A DNA stretch of 64,000 nt, taken from NCBI GenBank assembly GCA_963637115.1, contig CAVHLO010000001.1:244333-308332 (forward strand). The letters run 5' to 3'. The position numbers were made by a program, and so were the translations under genes. This DNA is from a bacterium. GTDB lineage: Bacteria; Patescibacteriota; Saccharimonadia; Saccharimonadales; Saccharimonadaceae. Of this stretch, positions 19,347 to 28,652 are shown one piece after another. Position 1 is the stretch's first letter, and each line of letters begins with the position of its first letter. Below the pieces are notes generated by a model, which was not told the DNA's origin, did not search any database, and was given only the letters and a program-made list of their open reading frames with translations.

Positions 19347-20624
19347 TTATTGTCCTCCATTCGTATTATTATTACCGTTGGAATTGTCGGTATTAGTGCT
19401 ACAGTCGACATCGTCCGCGGCACAGGCAGTGGCGGGAGCGCTAAACATGGCCTGAACTTGGAGATAGGAGTCGGTGACATTGTGGCGACCGGCAGGAGCG
19501 ACGGCGAGCATATGAGTGTTAGTGAATTGATAGGCTTCGGGGGCGATTAAAATCGTAGCCGAAAAGCGAAGGACGAGTTGTTCGTTGGCATCGCGACCGT
19601 TGGTGGCTTCGGAAACAGTGATACCTTCGGAACTGCCGCCTGGAACGAGCGCGCATTCGTCATTGGTTTTGGTCCAAGTGATGGAATTGTTAGTTTTGGT
19701 GCCAGAATATGAGGTGCAGGCACTCTCGAAGTGGGCAACATTAGAGATTGCTCCGTCTAGCGAGATCTGGGCCTCGGACGAACTGGGGTTTTCTTTGTAC
19801 CATTCTGGTTGCGGAGTGCGCCAGATGCGGACGACTTTTTGACCTTCGTAATCTTCGAGAGTGTAGTCGGATTCGGGGTTATAGTTGTCGCTTGCGGAAG
19901 CTGGGGCGCAACCTTCGCCGTTAATAGTCCAGAGAGCGTAAATACTATTGGTTTCGGTGGAAACGAGACCGCGCTTGGTGGTGTCGGTGAAAATTGCACC
20001 GTCAGAACCGGATTCTATCATACAATAGGCCGGAATGCTATCGCCGTTTTTGTCAACATAAGTGCCGTAGTCGTAGCGCATTTCGTCCATGCTTTTGCGG
20101 AAGGCCTCGAGAACGGCAAAGTCGATAAACGGAGCAGTGCCAGAGTTTGCCTGGGCGTCAAAGGTGAAAGTCGGCTGGCCGTCGGATAAGTCGACGTCTA
20201 GGTTGGAAAGAGTAATCGTGTCAGCGCCGGTCGGGAGAAAAGCCGAAAGGATATTGAAAGTACGCGACAGGACGGTTTTTTGGTTGGTGATAGTGCTGAT
20301 ACCATCGATTTGATCTTTGATGGTGAGGAAATCGGAAAGATCGGAGTAAGAATTAAGTTTTTCGGAAAGGGCGTCGATGGAGTTTTTCTTGTTGCTAATA
20401 GCGATTTGTTGTCCGCCAGCGGTAAGGCCAAAAATCAAGGTAATGCCAATGCTCGCTGAGGCAACCACAATACAGATGAAGAAAATTAGGTTACGCAGTT
20501 TTAGGGTTTTGATCATCTCGTTTTTGATATCGGGAACGAGATTGATTTCGCGATGAGTTTTGCGCCCAGATTTGGCCGGGGAAAGTTTTTTGATGATATC
20601 AGACAGGTGATATTCTTTAGCCAT
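19347..20624 (-). CDS. pilN: PilN-like protein with a long extracytoplasmic extension
   Basis: N-terminal INLVPDIK motif (compare PilN INLLP) followed by a TM helix (LIFFICIVVASASIGITLIF). About 330-aa C-terminal extension with several Cys. The start overlaps the pilM stop (TAATG). Confidence 0.55.
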   Translation of the reverse strand: MAKEYHLSDIIKKLSPAKSGRKTHREINLVPDIKNEMIKTLKLRNLIFFICIVVASASIGITLIFGLTAGGQQIAISNKKNSIDALSEKLNSYSDLSDFLTIKDQIDGISTITNQKTVLSRTFNILSAFLPTGADTITLSNLDVDLSDGQPTFTFDAQANSGTAPFIDFAVLEAFRKSMDEMRYDYGTYVDKNGDSIPAYCMIESGSDGAIFTDTTKRGLVSTETNSIYALWTINGEGCAPASASDNYNPESDYTLEDYEGQKVVRIWRTPQPEWYKENPSSSEAQISLDGAISNVAHFESACTSYSGTKTNNSITWTKTNDECALVPGGSSEGITVSEATNGRDANEQLVLRFSATILIAPEAYQFTNTHMLAVAPAGRHNVTDSYLQVQAMFSAPATACAADDVDCSTNTDNSNGNNNTNGGQ

Positions 20625-21670
20625 TAGTCATTACTCCTTTCTGATAACCCAATAGCGACCGCAAATTCGCTAGCCACAGGGGCGAGAACGCGTTGTTGGT
20701 CGGGGGTGCAACGGACGAGTTGCCAAGGATTGCCCTGGATGGTCGGGGTGTTGGTTCTGGCTTCGACAAATTCCGAAAATAGCGGGATGATGCCAGCATA
20801 GCCCGAAAGAACGATGCCGCCGACTTTGCCGGAGAGGTATTTGGTTTGGAAAAAGCGAACAGATTTGGCAAGTTCAGAAGCGAAACTGTTAAGATAGGTG
20901 TTTAGGACTTTGAAAACTTGACCTTCGACTTGGTTTTGATCGAGACCGAATTTCAAGATGAATTGGCGAGCCTGATCCTCGCGGACATTTAGGCTGTTCG
21001 CGACGGCTTTAGATAAAACGGAAATTCCGCCTGGGATAGAACGAACTAGACGTGGCATATCTTTATAGTTAATTGCAAGGTCGGTAGAACTTTCGCCGAA
21101 ATCGACCACCAAAATTGCATCCATAGCACCTGGAGTGTTAAGCGCGCGAGCCATAGCTAGTGGTTCTGGTTCCATGGCGATAATATTCAAACCAGTTTTT
21201 TCAATCATTTCCATGGTAGATTCGGCGTATTCTTTGGCGACGGAGCTAATGAGGATTTCGGTTTTGGCTGGATTATTTGGGGAGAGCCCGAGAATGACAT
21301 AGTCAGCCTTGGCGTCGTTTAGAGCCATCGGAACATATTTATCGAGTTCGTATTTGAAAGATTTTTTGAGCTCTTTTTCTGGCACGGTGTCAGTTTCGAC
21401 GATACTAGTGAAGGTCTTGTTCGCAGGAAGACCGATAGCAACGTTTTTGGTTTTGATGCCAGCTTGATTGACGGCACCCATAATCGCCTCGCCAAGTCGT
21501 TTCTTGCCGAGGTCAGAAGAATCTTGTGTTAAACGAGGGTCGATTGGCACATAAGCGAAGCGTTGCAAAGTCCAACCTTTCTGGATGTTGCCAGAAAGTT
21601 GCACGATTCGCATCGAGTTCGTCCCTATGTCTAGGGAGAAGAAGTCGCCCACACCATGCAGTAAGTTCAT
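20624..21670 (-). CDS. pilM: type IV pilus assembly protein PilM (actin-like ATPase fold)
   Basis: DIGTNSMRIV and later VVDFGESSTDL phosphate motifs with PilM length. First gene of the pilM-to-pilC operon. TATAAT 7 nt upstream of the ATG. Confidence 0.8.
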   Translation of the reverse strand: MNLLHGVGDFFSLDIGTNSMRIVQLSGNIQKGWTLQRFAYVPIDPRLTQDSSDLGKKRLGEAIMGAVNQAGIKTKNVAIGLPANKTFTSIVETDTVPEKELKKSFKYELDKYVPMALNDAKADYVILGLSPNNPAKTEILISSVAKEYAESTMEMIEKTGLNIIAMEPEPLAMARALNTPGAMDAILVVDFGESSTDLAINYKDMPRLVRSIPGGISVLSKAVANSLNVREDQARQFILKFGLDQNQVEGQVFKVLNTYLNSFASELAKSVRFFQTKYLSGKVGGIVLSGYAGIIPLFSEFVEARTNTPTIQGNPWQLVRCTPDQQRVLAPVASEFAVAIGLSERSND

Positions 21671-21695
21671 GTTTATTATTATAAACAGTTATGGT

Positions 21696-22301
21696 TTATT
21701 TTTCAAGAGCTAAATGATAAAATCTTTCGCGATTTCCGGTTTTGCCTTTTAGGTCGTTGTCGCGTTTGTTAATAATTACAAAGCCATTTTGCTTTAGCCA
21801 TTGTTCGAAGTCCTTGATGATTTCGCGGCGGAGTTTTTCGTTTTTGACGACTCCCTTTGTTAGTTGCTCAGGTTTAGCTTCGAATTGGGGCTTTAACATC
21901 ACTAAGAAGTCCGTATTGCTACGTGCTAGGTTTATTTTAGCATACTTTAGGATTTTTGTCAAGCTGATGAACGAGACGTCCGCCAAAATAATGTCTATTC
22001 CTCGAGGTGCTAAGCTACCACAAAAGTAGTAATCGAAGATATCTGTTTTTTCGTGTAGTTCGACTCGGGGGTCGAAGCGGAGGGGACGTTTCATTTGGTT
22101 GGTTCCCTTTTCGACAGCGATGACTTTTTTGGCGCCACGCTCCAGAGCGTATTCGGTGAAACCGCCAGTGGAGGAGCCGATATCGAGAACGATTTTGTCG
22201 CGGAAATCAAAATTAAAGGCGCTGGCGGCACCTTTAATTTTGTAATAACCTCTATTTTTTTCGTTCACGATATGCGCCAGTTTCTGTATCGATAGACACA
22301 A
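21696..22301 (-). CDS. tlyA: TlyA-family rRNA 2'-O-methyltransferase (FtsJ-like), lacking the S4 domain
   Basis: DIGSSTGGFTEYALERGAKKVIAVE, ADVSFISL and LKPQFE motifs. Start uncertain: TTG 22301 (GAAGG 5 nt upstream, 50-nt overlap with efp) or GTG 22268. Confidence 0.7.
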   Translation of the reverse strand: MCLSIQKLAHIVNEKNRGYYKIKGAASAFNFDFRDKIVLDIGSSTGGFTEYALERGAKKVIAVEKGTNQMKRPLRFDPRVELHEKTDIFDYYFCGSLAPRGIDIILADVSFISLTKILKYAKINLARSNTDFLVMLKPQFEAKPEQLTKGVVKNEKLRREIIKDFEQWLKQNGFVIINKRDNDLKGKTGNRERFYHLALEK

Positions 22302-22812
22302 TGTCGCCTTCTTTGATGAAGGCCGGAACTTTGACCACGACGCCAGTTTCGAGCGTAGCGTCTTTCATCACGGAGCTGGTAGTATCGCCCTTGACGACGC
22401 TTTCGGTGTAGGTGACGGTGAGCCAGAGATTTTTCGGAAGCTGGAGGTTAATGGGAGTGCCATTATAGAATTGGATTTCCATTTCGTCACCATCTTTCAT
22501 ATAATCTTTGGAATCGCCGACTAGGTCAGCGCCGAGTTCGTATTGTTCGAAACTTTCTGGGTCCATGAAATAGAACTTTTCGTCGTCTTTGTAGAGATAT
22601 TGAACTTTGCGGTTCGTGACTTCGGCAGGTTCGATTTTTTCTTGGCCTTTGAAAGTTTTGGGGAGCAAAGCGCCAGAGATAAGGTTTTTGACCTTGACGT
22701 TGACGATTGAGCCGCCCCGCCCCATAACTTTTTGTGAATATTCTACCACCTTATACGGTTGGCCGTCTAAGGTAATCAAGGTGTTTTTCTTGAGATCGGT
22801 TGGTCCGTACAT
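22252..22812 (-). CDS. efp: elongation factor P
   Basis: Full-length EF-P match (DGQPYKVVEYSQKVMGRGGSIVNVKVKNL). GGAG Shine-Dalgarno. Confidence 0.92.
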   Translation of the reverse strand: MYGPTDLKKNTLITLDGQPYKVVEYSQKVMGRGGSIVNVKVKNLISGALLPKTFKGQEKIEPAEVTNRKVQYLYKDDEKFYFMDPESFEQYELGADLVGDSKDYMKDGDEMEIQFYNGTPINLQLPKNLWLTVTYTESVVKGDTTSSVMKDATLETGVVVKVPAFIKEGDIVSIDTETGAYRERKK

Positions 22813-22823
22813 GTAATTCTCCT

Positions 22824-23018
22824 TTAGTTAGCAATGAATGGCAAAAGAGCCAAGTGGCGCGCGCGCTTGATGGCGACAGCGAGTTGACGCTGCTGCTTAG
22901 CGGAAAGACCGGTTTTGCTCATCGGTTCAATCCGACCGTAGACATCAAGATAGCGTTGCAAAGACTTGACGTCGCGGTAATTAAAATAGAGATTTGGGTC
23001 ACTTTTAACTTTTTTCAT
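22824..23018 (-). CDS. rpsR: 30S ribosomal protein S18
   Basis: [14 protein letters not shown]...GRI...[26 protein letters not shown]. Confidence 0.92.
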   Translation of the reverse strand: MKKVKSDPNLYFNYRDVKSLQRYLDVYGRIEPMSKTGLSAKQQRQLAVAIKRARHLALLPFIAN

Positions 23019-23041
23019 AATTTTCTCCTTCGGTTTTATAA

Positions 23042-23512
23042 TTAGAATGGGACATCACTGAGGTCGATTTCAGTTTCGCCGCCAGCTAAGTCGTCTGCTC
23101 CAGAGGCTGGAGACGCTTCGGCACTAGCGGGGGCGCTGTAGCTGGAACCGTAGTTAGAGTTGTCGCCGTTTGCATTAGGGGCTGAGCCTAAAAAGTTGAA
23201 ATCATCGACAACGATCTCAACACGGGAGCGTTTTTGCCCAGTGTTTTTGTCTTCCCAAGAACGTTGCTCGAGACGCCCGCAGATGAGAACGCTAGAGCCT
23301 TTTTTGGCGTATTGTGCGATAGTTTCGCCTGTTTTTCCCCAGGCGGAGCAGTCGAAAAAGGATACGTTTTCGCGTTGGGTGCCAGAACCGTCTTTGTAGG
23401 TACGGTTGACAGCAACAGAGAAGCTACAAACATTGGCGCCGCTCGGAGTAGCCCGCATTTCGGGGTCGCGAGTTAAGTTGCCGGTGATGATAGCTTTGGA
23501 AAATCCGCGCAT
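23042..23512 (-). CDS. ssb: single-stranded DNA-binding protein
   Basis: OB-fold N-terminus ([12 protein letters not shown]), Gly/Ser-rich linker, and an acidic tip ending DLSDVPF. Confidence 0.9.
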   Translation of the reverse strand: MRGFSKAIITGNLTRDPEMRATPSGANVCSFSVAVNRTYKDGSGTQRENVSFFDCSAWGKTGETIAQYAKKGSSVLICGRLEQRSWEDKNTGQKRSRVEIVVDDFNFLGSAPNANGDNSNYGSSYSAPASAEASPASGADDLAGGETEIDLSDVPF

Positions 23513-23514
23513 GG

Positions 23515-23883
23515 TTAGTTCTCCTCTTTGTCCTTAGTTTCGTCGTCGGTTTTGGCCTTTTCGGCGTGCTCGGCACGGCGCGAAGCATATTTGGCTTGGC
23601 GCGGGTCGGTTTTGACTAGGAGATAGCGCAAAATTTCGTCGGAAATGTTGAACACATTCGAGATTTTTTGCGGAGCTTCCGAGTCGAGTTGTAATTCGAA
23701 GAAGTAATAAATTCCGAAAGCCTGCTTTTTGATTTCGTAGCAGAGACGTTTCTTGCCGTCGGACTCTTCTTTGATAATTTTGGCGCCGCTAGTCTCGAGA
23801 ATTTTCTTGACTTTGTCGAGCGCAGGATCGAGATTCATCTCGAGATCGGGATGAAACACGATGGTGAGTTCGTAATCTTTCAT
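23515..23883 (-). CDS. rpsF: 30S ribosomal protein S6
   Basis: MKDYELTIVFHPDL...RLCYEIKKQAFGIYYFF. ATG at 23883 with an AAGGAG Shine-Dalgarno. The longer track ORF (to 24111) is a non-coding extension through the leader. Confidence 0.9.
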   Translation of the reverse strand: MKDYELTIVFHPDLEMNLDPALDKVKKILETSGAKIIKEESDGKKRLCYEIKKQAFGIYYFFELQLDSEAPQKISNVFNISDEILRYLLVKTDPRQAKYASRRAEHAEKAKTDDETKDKEEN

Positions 23884-24015
23884 AAAACTCCTTTGGTTAA
23901 AGCAAGTGCCGTTCTCTGTTTTCGTTTGGTTTCGCGTGTTTGCCACGAAAACAGGTTGACGCAGTTGCTGAGCTGATATTGAGGTAATTGTAGCATACGG
24001 GAGAGAAAAAGTCAA
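23884..24015 (-). promoter_or_regulatory. sigma70-type promoter plus about 100-nt structured 5' leader of rpsF-ssb-rpsR
   Basis: Minus strand: TTGACT (24015-24010), 17 nt, TACAAT (23992-23987). The leader contains a 9-bp hairpin CTGTTTTCG/CGAAAACAG (23954-23946 pairing with 23924-23916). Confidence 0.6.
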
Positions 24016-24028
24016 TGGGCAATAGAGG

Positions 24029-24820
24029 TTAATTGCGATAGTTAACATCAGCGGCAGTGCGGACATAGTAGGTAAAGGTATCAGGAGAAATGCCGAGAGA
24101 TTTAATTGCATCTCTTGCTTCTTCTATATATGTCGCCTTGGTTTGATCGTCGTTGTCATAAGTGACCGAAGGAGAAATAATTACCGTACCTGCACCGTTA
24201 GGATTAAGATAAGGAGAGAAATAATCAAAATAAAAATAGTTTAACATGCTGGAAACTATCTTTTGACGCGAGGAATAATCTGCGGACTCATGGCAGTCAA
24301 AATTAGGGTAGATTTTCTCAGAATTTTCATCGAGACAGAGGATGGAATATGGTTTAGCGACATCTGTCGAACTGTATTCGACAGCGTTGATGGCATCCTT
24401 ATTGTCTGGATATTCTAAAATGATTTCATAAGATTGTTTAAGATCGGGAATATCAATAATCGCTCTGACATAGTTAGTCTTGTATTTTTCAAAATGCTGG
24501 GTTTTGATAGAGCCGTCGCGGAAATAAGCGGAGGCTTGACTTTTGGAGACGGTATCACTTTTTGTGTTATCAAGTATGGTATCCAAAAGCGCCCACTCGA
24601 TTATTTCAGTCCAGCCTGAATAATCTTCTGGTATAGCGTCGGTAGCGTTGATGATTTTAGCGGATGGTCCTTGACTAGGACTGTTTTTGATTTCGTCAGT
24701 ATGAAAAAACTTCGCAATAGATATAATTGCCAGAATGATTACTATGGCCTGGATGCCTAAAAAGATAATCGTGGATAGTTTTACGCGAGGTTTGAATTGT
24801 TCTTGGCTATAGTTTTCCAT
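24029..24820 (-). CDS. membrane-anchored hypothetical protein (263 aa)
   Basis: Single N-terminal TM helix (TIIFLGIQAIVIILAIISIA). GAGGA Shine-Dalgarno. Last gene of the hydrolase operon. No family recognised. Confidence 0.55.
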   Translation of the reverse strand: MENYSQEQFKPRVKLSTIIFLGIQAIVIILAIISIAKFFHTDEIKNSPSQGPSAKIINATDAIPEDYSGWTEIIEWALLDTILDNTKSDTVSKSQASAYFRDGSIKTQHFEKYKTNYVRAIIDIPDLKQSYEIILEYPDNKDAINAVEYSSTDVAKPYSILCLDENSEKIYPNFDCHESADYSSRQKIVSSMLNYFYFDYFSPYLNPNGAGTVIISPSVTYDNDDQTKATYIEEARDAIKSLGISPDTFTYYVRTAADVNYRN

Positions 24821-24827
24821 ATTTCCT

Positions 24828-27800
24828 CTAGTTATTTATAATTTCATTTATTTTAGTGCTATTTAAACTGTCTGCAAAATAGGCAAATTTATAAATTCCG
24901 TCATCGAAAGTTTTGTTAGTGTAGACTCTGCCGTTGCCGTTGCCGTCAACATAACCGTCGGTCCAGCCTGGATAGGCAGCTTCAATCGTGATATAGGTTC
25001 CGTCGCTGTTTACACCTACAACTACTCCGGTATGTTGTCCACTGGTTTTGGAAAAAACCGCCCAAGCTTTAGGTTCATCGCCACTAGTAGCTAGGCCGCT
25101 AGAAACTAGGCTATTTACTACTAAGTCGCCATTAGGCCAGGTAGCTGAGGCGCCATTTTTGGTGGTTAATTCAGCAACAAAAAATCTGGAAAATTCAACG
25201 CAGTTTTTGAGTCCACAACAGCCCTGAGCGATATATTTAGTATTGTAATAATGGGCGATTTTTTCAGCTTGCTCACTAGTAATACCACTACTAGACACAC
25301 TCTTGCTGCTACTAGTTAAACAATAGTCATTGTCACAAGAGGTTTTATTGCCCGAGCCCTTAATCGCAGTAAAAACGCCGTTGTGAATAGCGTCAATAAT
25401 ACTTTGGAGTGGGACTTCGCTGTTGCCCATGTAGCCGGTATTAGCGACTTGAACTCTATCATCCGAGCCTATACTAAAGATGCCTACGTAGTGACCCGGA
25501 GTGCAGCTACCATCGCCACGGACGGTAGCAAAACCTTCGTGGCAGCCTTCGCCAGAGAGGTGAATCATGTAGCCGTCTTGCAAATATTTTTTGATTTTAT
25601 CATAGGCGTCTGTTTTAGAAGAATAAGATTCGGCAATAACTTCGAAACCGTATTTTTCACCGACGATAGGGTCAAGTACCGTAGGAGAAGTATAAACATA
25701 GTTACCGACGGGGAGCGTAACATCAATAATATCTTGCGGGTAAATATCTTGTCCAGTGGCAACGGTGGTTAGCATAGCCATAGAGGTCGGACCACATCCG
25801 GAGTCGGCAACATTGCCACCATCATAAGGGATGACTGTCCAATCCTGAGAAGAATTCTCATGGTCGCTGTCTGCGTAGTTACCTTGATAATATTGTGGGT
25901 AATCTCCCTCGTAGGAATTGCAACCGCCAAAGCTACGCAGGGCGTCGGAGATGACGTTAATCCATTTTTCGTAGCCTGGATCAGAAATAGGGTGGATTTT
26001 TTCGGAATCGCCCTCAAAATATTTTTCGTCATACACGGTTGTCCAGTCGGCAAGTTTGAAATTACTGTTAGCGCTAACCATAGCTCTGAGGCGATTGTTA
26101 CTATCAGCATAGTCATTGCTAGGAATTTTAGAGGTAACAACAACGACTTTAGCGTCTTTATCTTTGAGCAAGTCTTGGAATTTAGAAATGTCACTATCGG
26201 ACCAACCTCCATTAGTCCCACAGGCAAATACAAGATAAGAACGCAGACTGTTTGAGTTTATAATTTTTTCAAGAATGCTAAGGCATGATGGGTTGCTACT
26301 GCTGCTACTAGAAACAAACTTACTGCCCTGGATATATGATGACGATGTGTTATTCGGGCTGGAGCCAATATCTACGCCAGAGAATTCAGCACTACTACTG
26401 AGCAGACCTTTGTTGTCCGCTTGCACAGAGTAAGAATCGCCAATCCAGGTAATATCGTGACCGGAAATTGTCTCTGAATTAGTGGAAGAACTTTCAGAGT
26501 TGGAAGATGGACTGTTACTGGGGCTAGAGGCAGAACTAGGCGGGTTATTCTCAAAGTAGCCGAATGGATCCCCCGAATTGATGTCCCCAGATGCAGGGAA
26601 AGTATAGAAAATATAAGTCGAATCGTAGACATTGTGAATTTTGGTTTTGCCAGAGACATAATATTCGCTTCTAAATAAACCTGTTCCGCGACAACCGCCA
26701 GCGCCAGATGCGTAATATCTCTGACCATCTAGCTCTAACCAATCGATATCGCCAATACAATCATGCTCGACAATTTGGGGAGGAATGGAGCGGTTGCCAT
26801 TAATTAAAACTTCGCGTCCGGCTTGGATTTCGGCATCAGAGAGGCTACCGCGAGATTCACTATAGCTATTTCGTGTACTAGAAGCAAACCAACTGCTGTT
26901 TCTGATGTAACTTACAATATCGCTACGGCCAGCCTGGTCGGCTTTATTAGCCATAAGAGAGAGCTCAAACTTTATACCTTCGACCGAACCCTGTTCATTC
27001 TTGGCCATATGGATCATGCCATATAATTCCCCATCAGAAAGAGAGAACGAGGTAGAGCTATATGGGCTATCCGAAGATGTATTTTGGCAGACAAAGCCTT
27101 TGAGTGCCTCATATTCGTATTCTGCGTCATTCATACGTTTTTGTTTGGTCGTAGTCATGCCCTGCGAGGCTAAACAACCTTGGCATTTTTCGTAATTCTC
27201 TGCCCAAAATTTTGCAGCTTCCCGTACATCGGTGATTTTATTGAACTCTTCAAGAATACCTGCAGCTTCCTCTATTACCCAGCTCATTTCCGCTTCGACT
27301 ACTTTATCAAAGTCGGCACTGCCCATTTTTTCTAAGGCTTGTTCACCTGGTAAAGAATAACTGGAGTCTTTAAAAAATGGGAGCGCGTCCGGGATGTTTT
27401 GTTCAATATATTTAAGATAGTTGCCAAGATTCCAAGTAATGCCGACTGCCCCGACACCAACGTGGCATGGCTGGCAATTGTAAAGGTTGTTCCAGTCATC
27501 ATAAGGACTTAAAAAATAACCACCGTCTTCATTAACTACTTTGCCGATTTCCCAACGAGTCGGGCCGTAACCACCTTCGTTGTCAATATTGCCGATGATA
27601 GCAGCGGTATGAACTTCGTCGAAAGTCTGGCGGAGATAAGACCAATATTTTTCCTTGGGCGTATCGCCGCAGATGCCAGTGGAGCTACTACTTTCGGAAC
27701 ATTCGCCCGGATCCCAGCCGATAATGTTATTTTGCGCAAAAATCCTAGCTTCACTGTCGCTTAAGGCTCTTTTGGCATTGGCGGCGGGAGTGTTTAGGAT

Positions 27801-27950
27801 TGATTGAGTAGCAAAAACTGCGACGAGAGCGATAACTGAAAATGTTAAAACATACAGGGGCTCTTTAATGTTTTTGACGGTAGACATAATATGTCTGCCA
27901 GTCGGCCTTGCGGATTTAATGAATTTAATAGAGTTGATAATGAATTTCAT
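24828..27950 (-). CDS. secreted multi-domain cell-wall hydrolase (lysozyme-like + SGNH/GDSL + C39-like Cys peptidase + CHAP)
   Basis: Signal anchor (LYVLTFSVIALVAVFATQSILNTPAANA). Phage-tail-lysozyme-like IIGNIDNEGGYGPTRWE. SGNH block I ITWIGDSYSV and FACGTNGG. Papain-like GCGPTSMAML...HYVGIF. C-terminal CHAP (KNCVEFSRFF...GQHTGVVVGV). GGAGG Shine-Dalgarno before the ATG at 27950. Confidence 0.7.
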   Translation of the reverse strand: MKFIINSIKFIKSARPTGRHIMSTVKNIKEPLYVLTFSVIALVAVFATQSILNTPAANAKRALSDSEARIFAQNNIIGWDPGECSESSSSTGICGDTPKEKYWSYLRQTFDEVHTAAIIGNIDNEGGYGPTRWEIGKVVNEDGGYFLSPYDDWNNLYNCQPCHVGVGAVGITWNLGNYLKYIEQNIPDALPFFKDSSYSLPGEQALEKMGSADFDKVVEAEMSWVIEEAAGILEEFNKITDVREAAKFWAENYEKCQGCLASQGMTTTKQKRMNDAEYEYEALKGFVCQNTSSDSPYSSTSFSLSDGELYGMIHMAKNEQGSVEGIKFELSLMANKADQAGRSDIVSYIRNSSWFASSTRNSYSESRGSLSDAEIQAGREVLINGNRSIPPQIVEHDCIGDIDWLELDGQRYYASGAGGCRGTGLFRSEYYVSGKTKIHNVYDSTYIFYTFPASGDINSGDPFGYFENNPPSSASSPSNSPSSNSESSSTNSETISGHDITWIGDSYSVQADNKGLLSSSAEFSGVDIGSSPNNTSSSYIQGSKFVSSSSSSNPSCLSILEKIINSNSLRSYLVFACGTNGGWSDSDISKFQDLLKDKDAKVVVVTSKIPSNDYADSNNRLRAMVSANSNFKLADWTTVYDEKYFEGDSEKIHPISDPGYEKWINVISDALRSFGGCNSYEGDYPQYYQGNYADSDHENSSQDWTVIPYDGGNVADSGCGPTSMAMLTTVATGQDIYPQDIIDVTLPVGNYVYTSPTVLDPIVGEKYGFEVIAESYSSKTDAYDKIKKYLQDGYMIHLSGEGCHEGFATVRGDGSCTPGHYVGIFSIGSDDRVQVANTGYMGNSEVPLQSIIDAIHNGVFTAIKGSGNKTSCDNDYCLTSSSKSVSSSGITSEQAEKIAHYYNTKYIAQGCCGLKNCVEFSRFFVAELTTKNGASATWPNGDLVVNSLVSSGLATSGDEPKAWAVFSKTSGQHTGVVVGVNSDGTYITIEAAYPGWTDGYVDGNGNGRVYTNKTFDDGIYKFAYFADSLNSTKINEIINN

Positions 27951-28635
27951 AATCCTCCAAATTAAAACCGCGCTCGGTTAGGAGCTGGTTAATAAAAGTT
28001 TTCTCAGTGTTTTTGCCAACCACTTTAATACAAAGAAATTTTTGACAAGTGTCTTCATTTGAAGTGCGCACGGTGATGCCATACTCTAACGTTGTGCGGC
28101 CGTCTGTTGAGTTACCGTATTCGGAATATTCAAATGGGAGATTAGCAGAGTAAAAACTCTGTAATCCTTGAAATTTAGCGATGAATTCTTCGGCGGAAGT
28201 ATCGTGATCGGTAGTTTGGTTATTTCCGGCGGAGGCGATTTCGGAGAGTTTTTGGAAGGAGGTGTAGTTATCTTTTAATTCGTAGAATTCGAAATTATTG
28301 TTTTCGCCGACGAGAAATGTTGTGACGGTAGCGACGTGGTCGGAATCTAGCTCAAGATCGAAAGTTTTAGATTCAAGGCCGTCACGAGAAATTGTTATTT
28401 TATAGTTTCCGGGGTGAAGTTTGTAGGTGCCGTTTTTATAATCACTTTGACCGTTTAGGGTAATTATAGCATCGACGGGGGCGACCGAGAAAGTAATGAT
28501 TGCTGTTTTTGTCGTATGCCAGACTATAATAGCAATAATGGCAATAAATACCAAAATATCAGCTACAAAAACGGCTTTGACCCAGCGCTTGCTAAGAAAT
28601 TCTTTGAGGCGCGAATAACTCCCATCATTCTGCAT
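27925..28635 (-). CDS. membrane-anchored PEGA-like domain protein
   Basis: TM helix (AVFVADILVFIAIIAIIVW) followed by a beta-sandwich segment resembling PEGA (ITFSVAPVDAIITLNGQ...YKLHPGNYKITISRDGLES). TGCTATAAT 7 nt upstream of the ATG. Confidence 0.5.
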   Translation of the reverse strand: MQNDGSYSRLKEFLSKRWVKAVFVADILVFIAIIAIIVWHTTKTAIITFSVAPVDAIITLNGQSDYKNGTYKLHPGNYKITISRDGLESKTFDLELDSDHVATVTTFLVGENNNFEFYELKDNYTSFQKLSEIASAGNNQTTDHDTSAEEFIAKFQGLQSFYSANLPFEYSEYGNSTDGRTTLEYGITVRTSNEDTCQKFLCIKVVGKNTEKTFINQLLTERGFNLEDYEIHYQLY

Positions 28636-28652
28636 ATGTTTTATTATAGCAC

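Noticed and set aside
23884-24111. N-terminal extension of rpsF (track ORF 23515-24111)
   Set aside because: S6 homology begins at the ATG at 23883, which has a Shine-Dalgarno. The extension covers the promoter and leader and overlaps the upstream gene.
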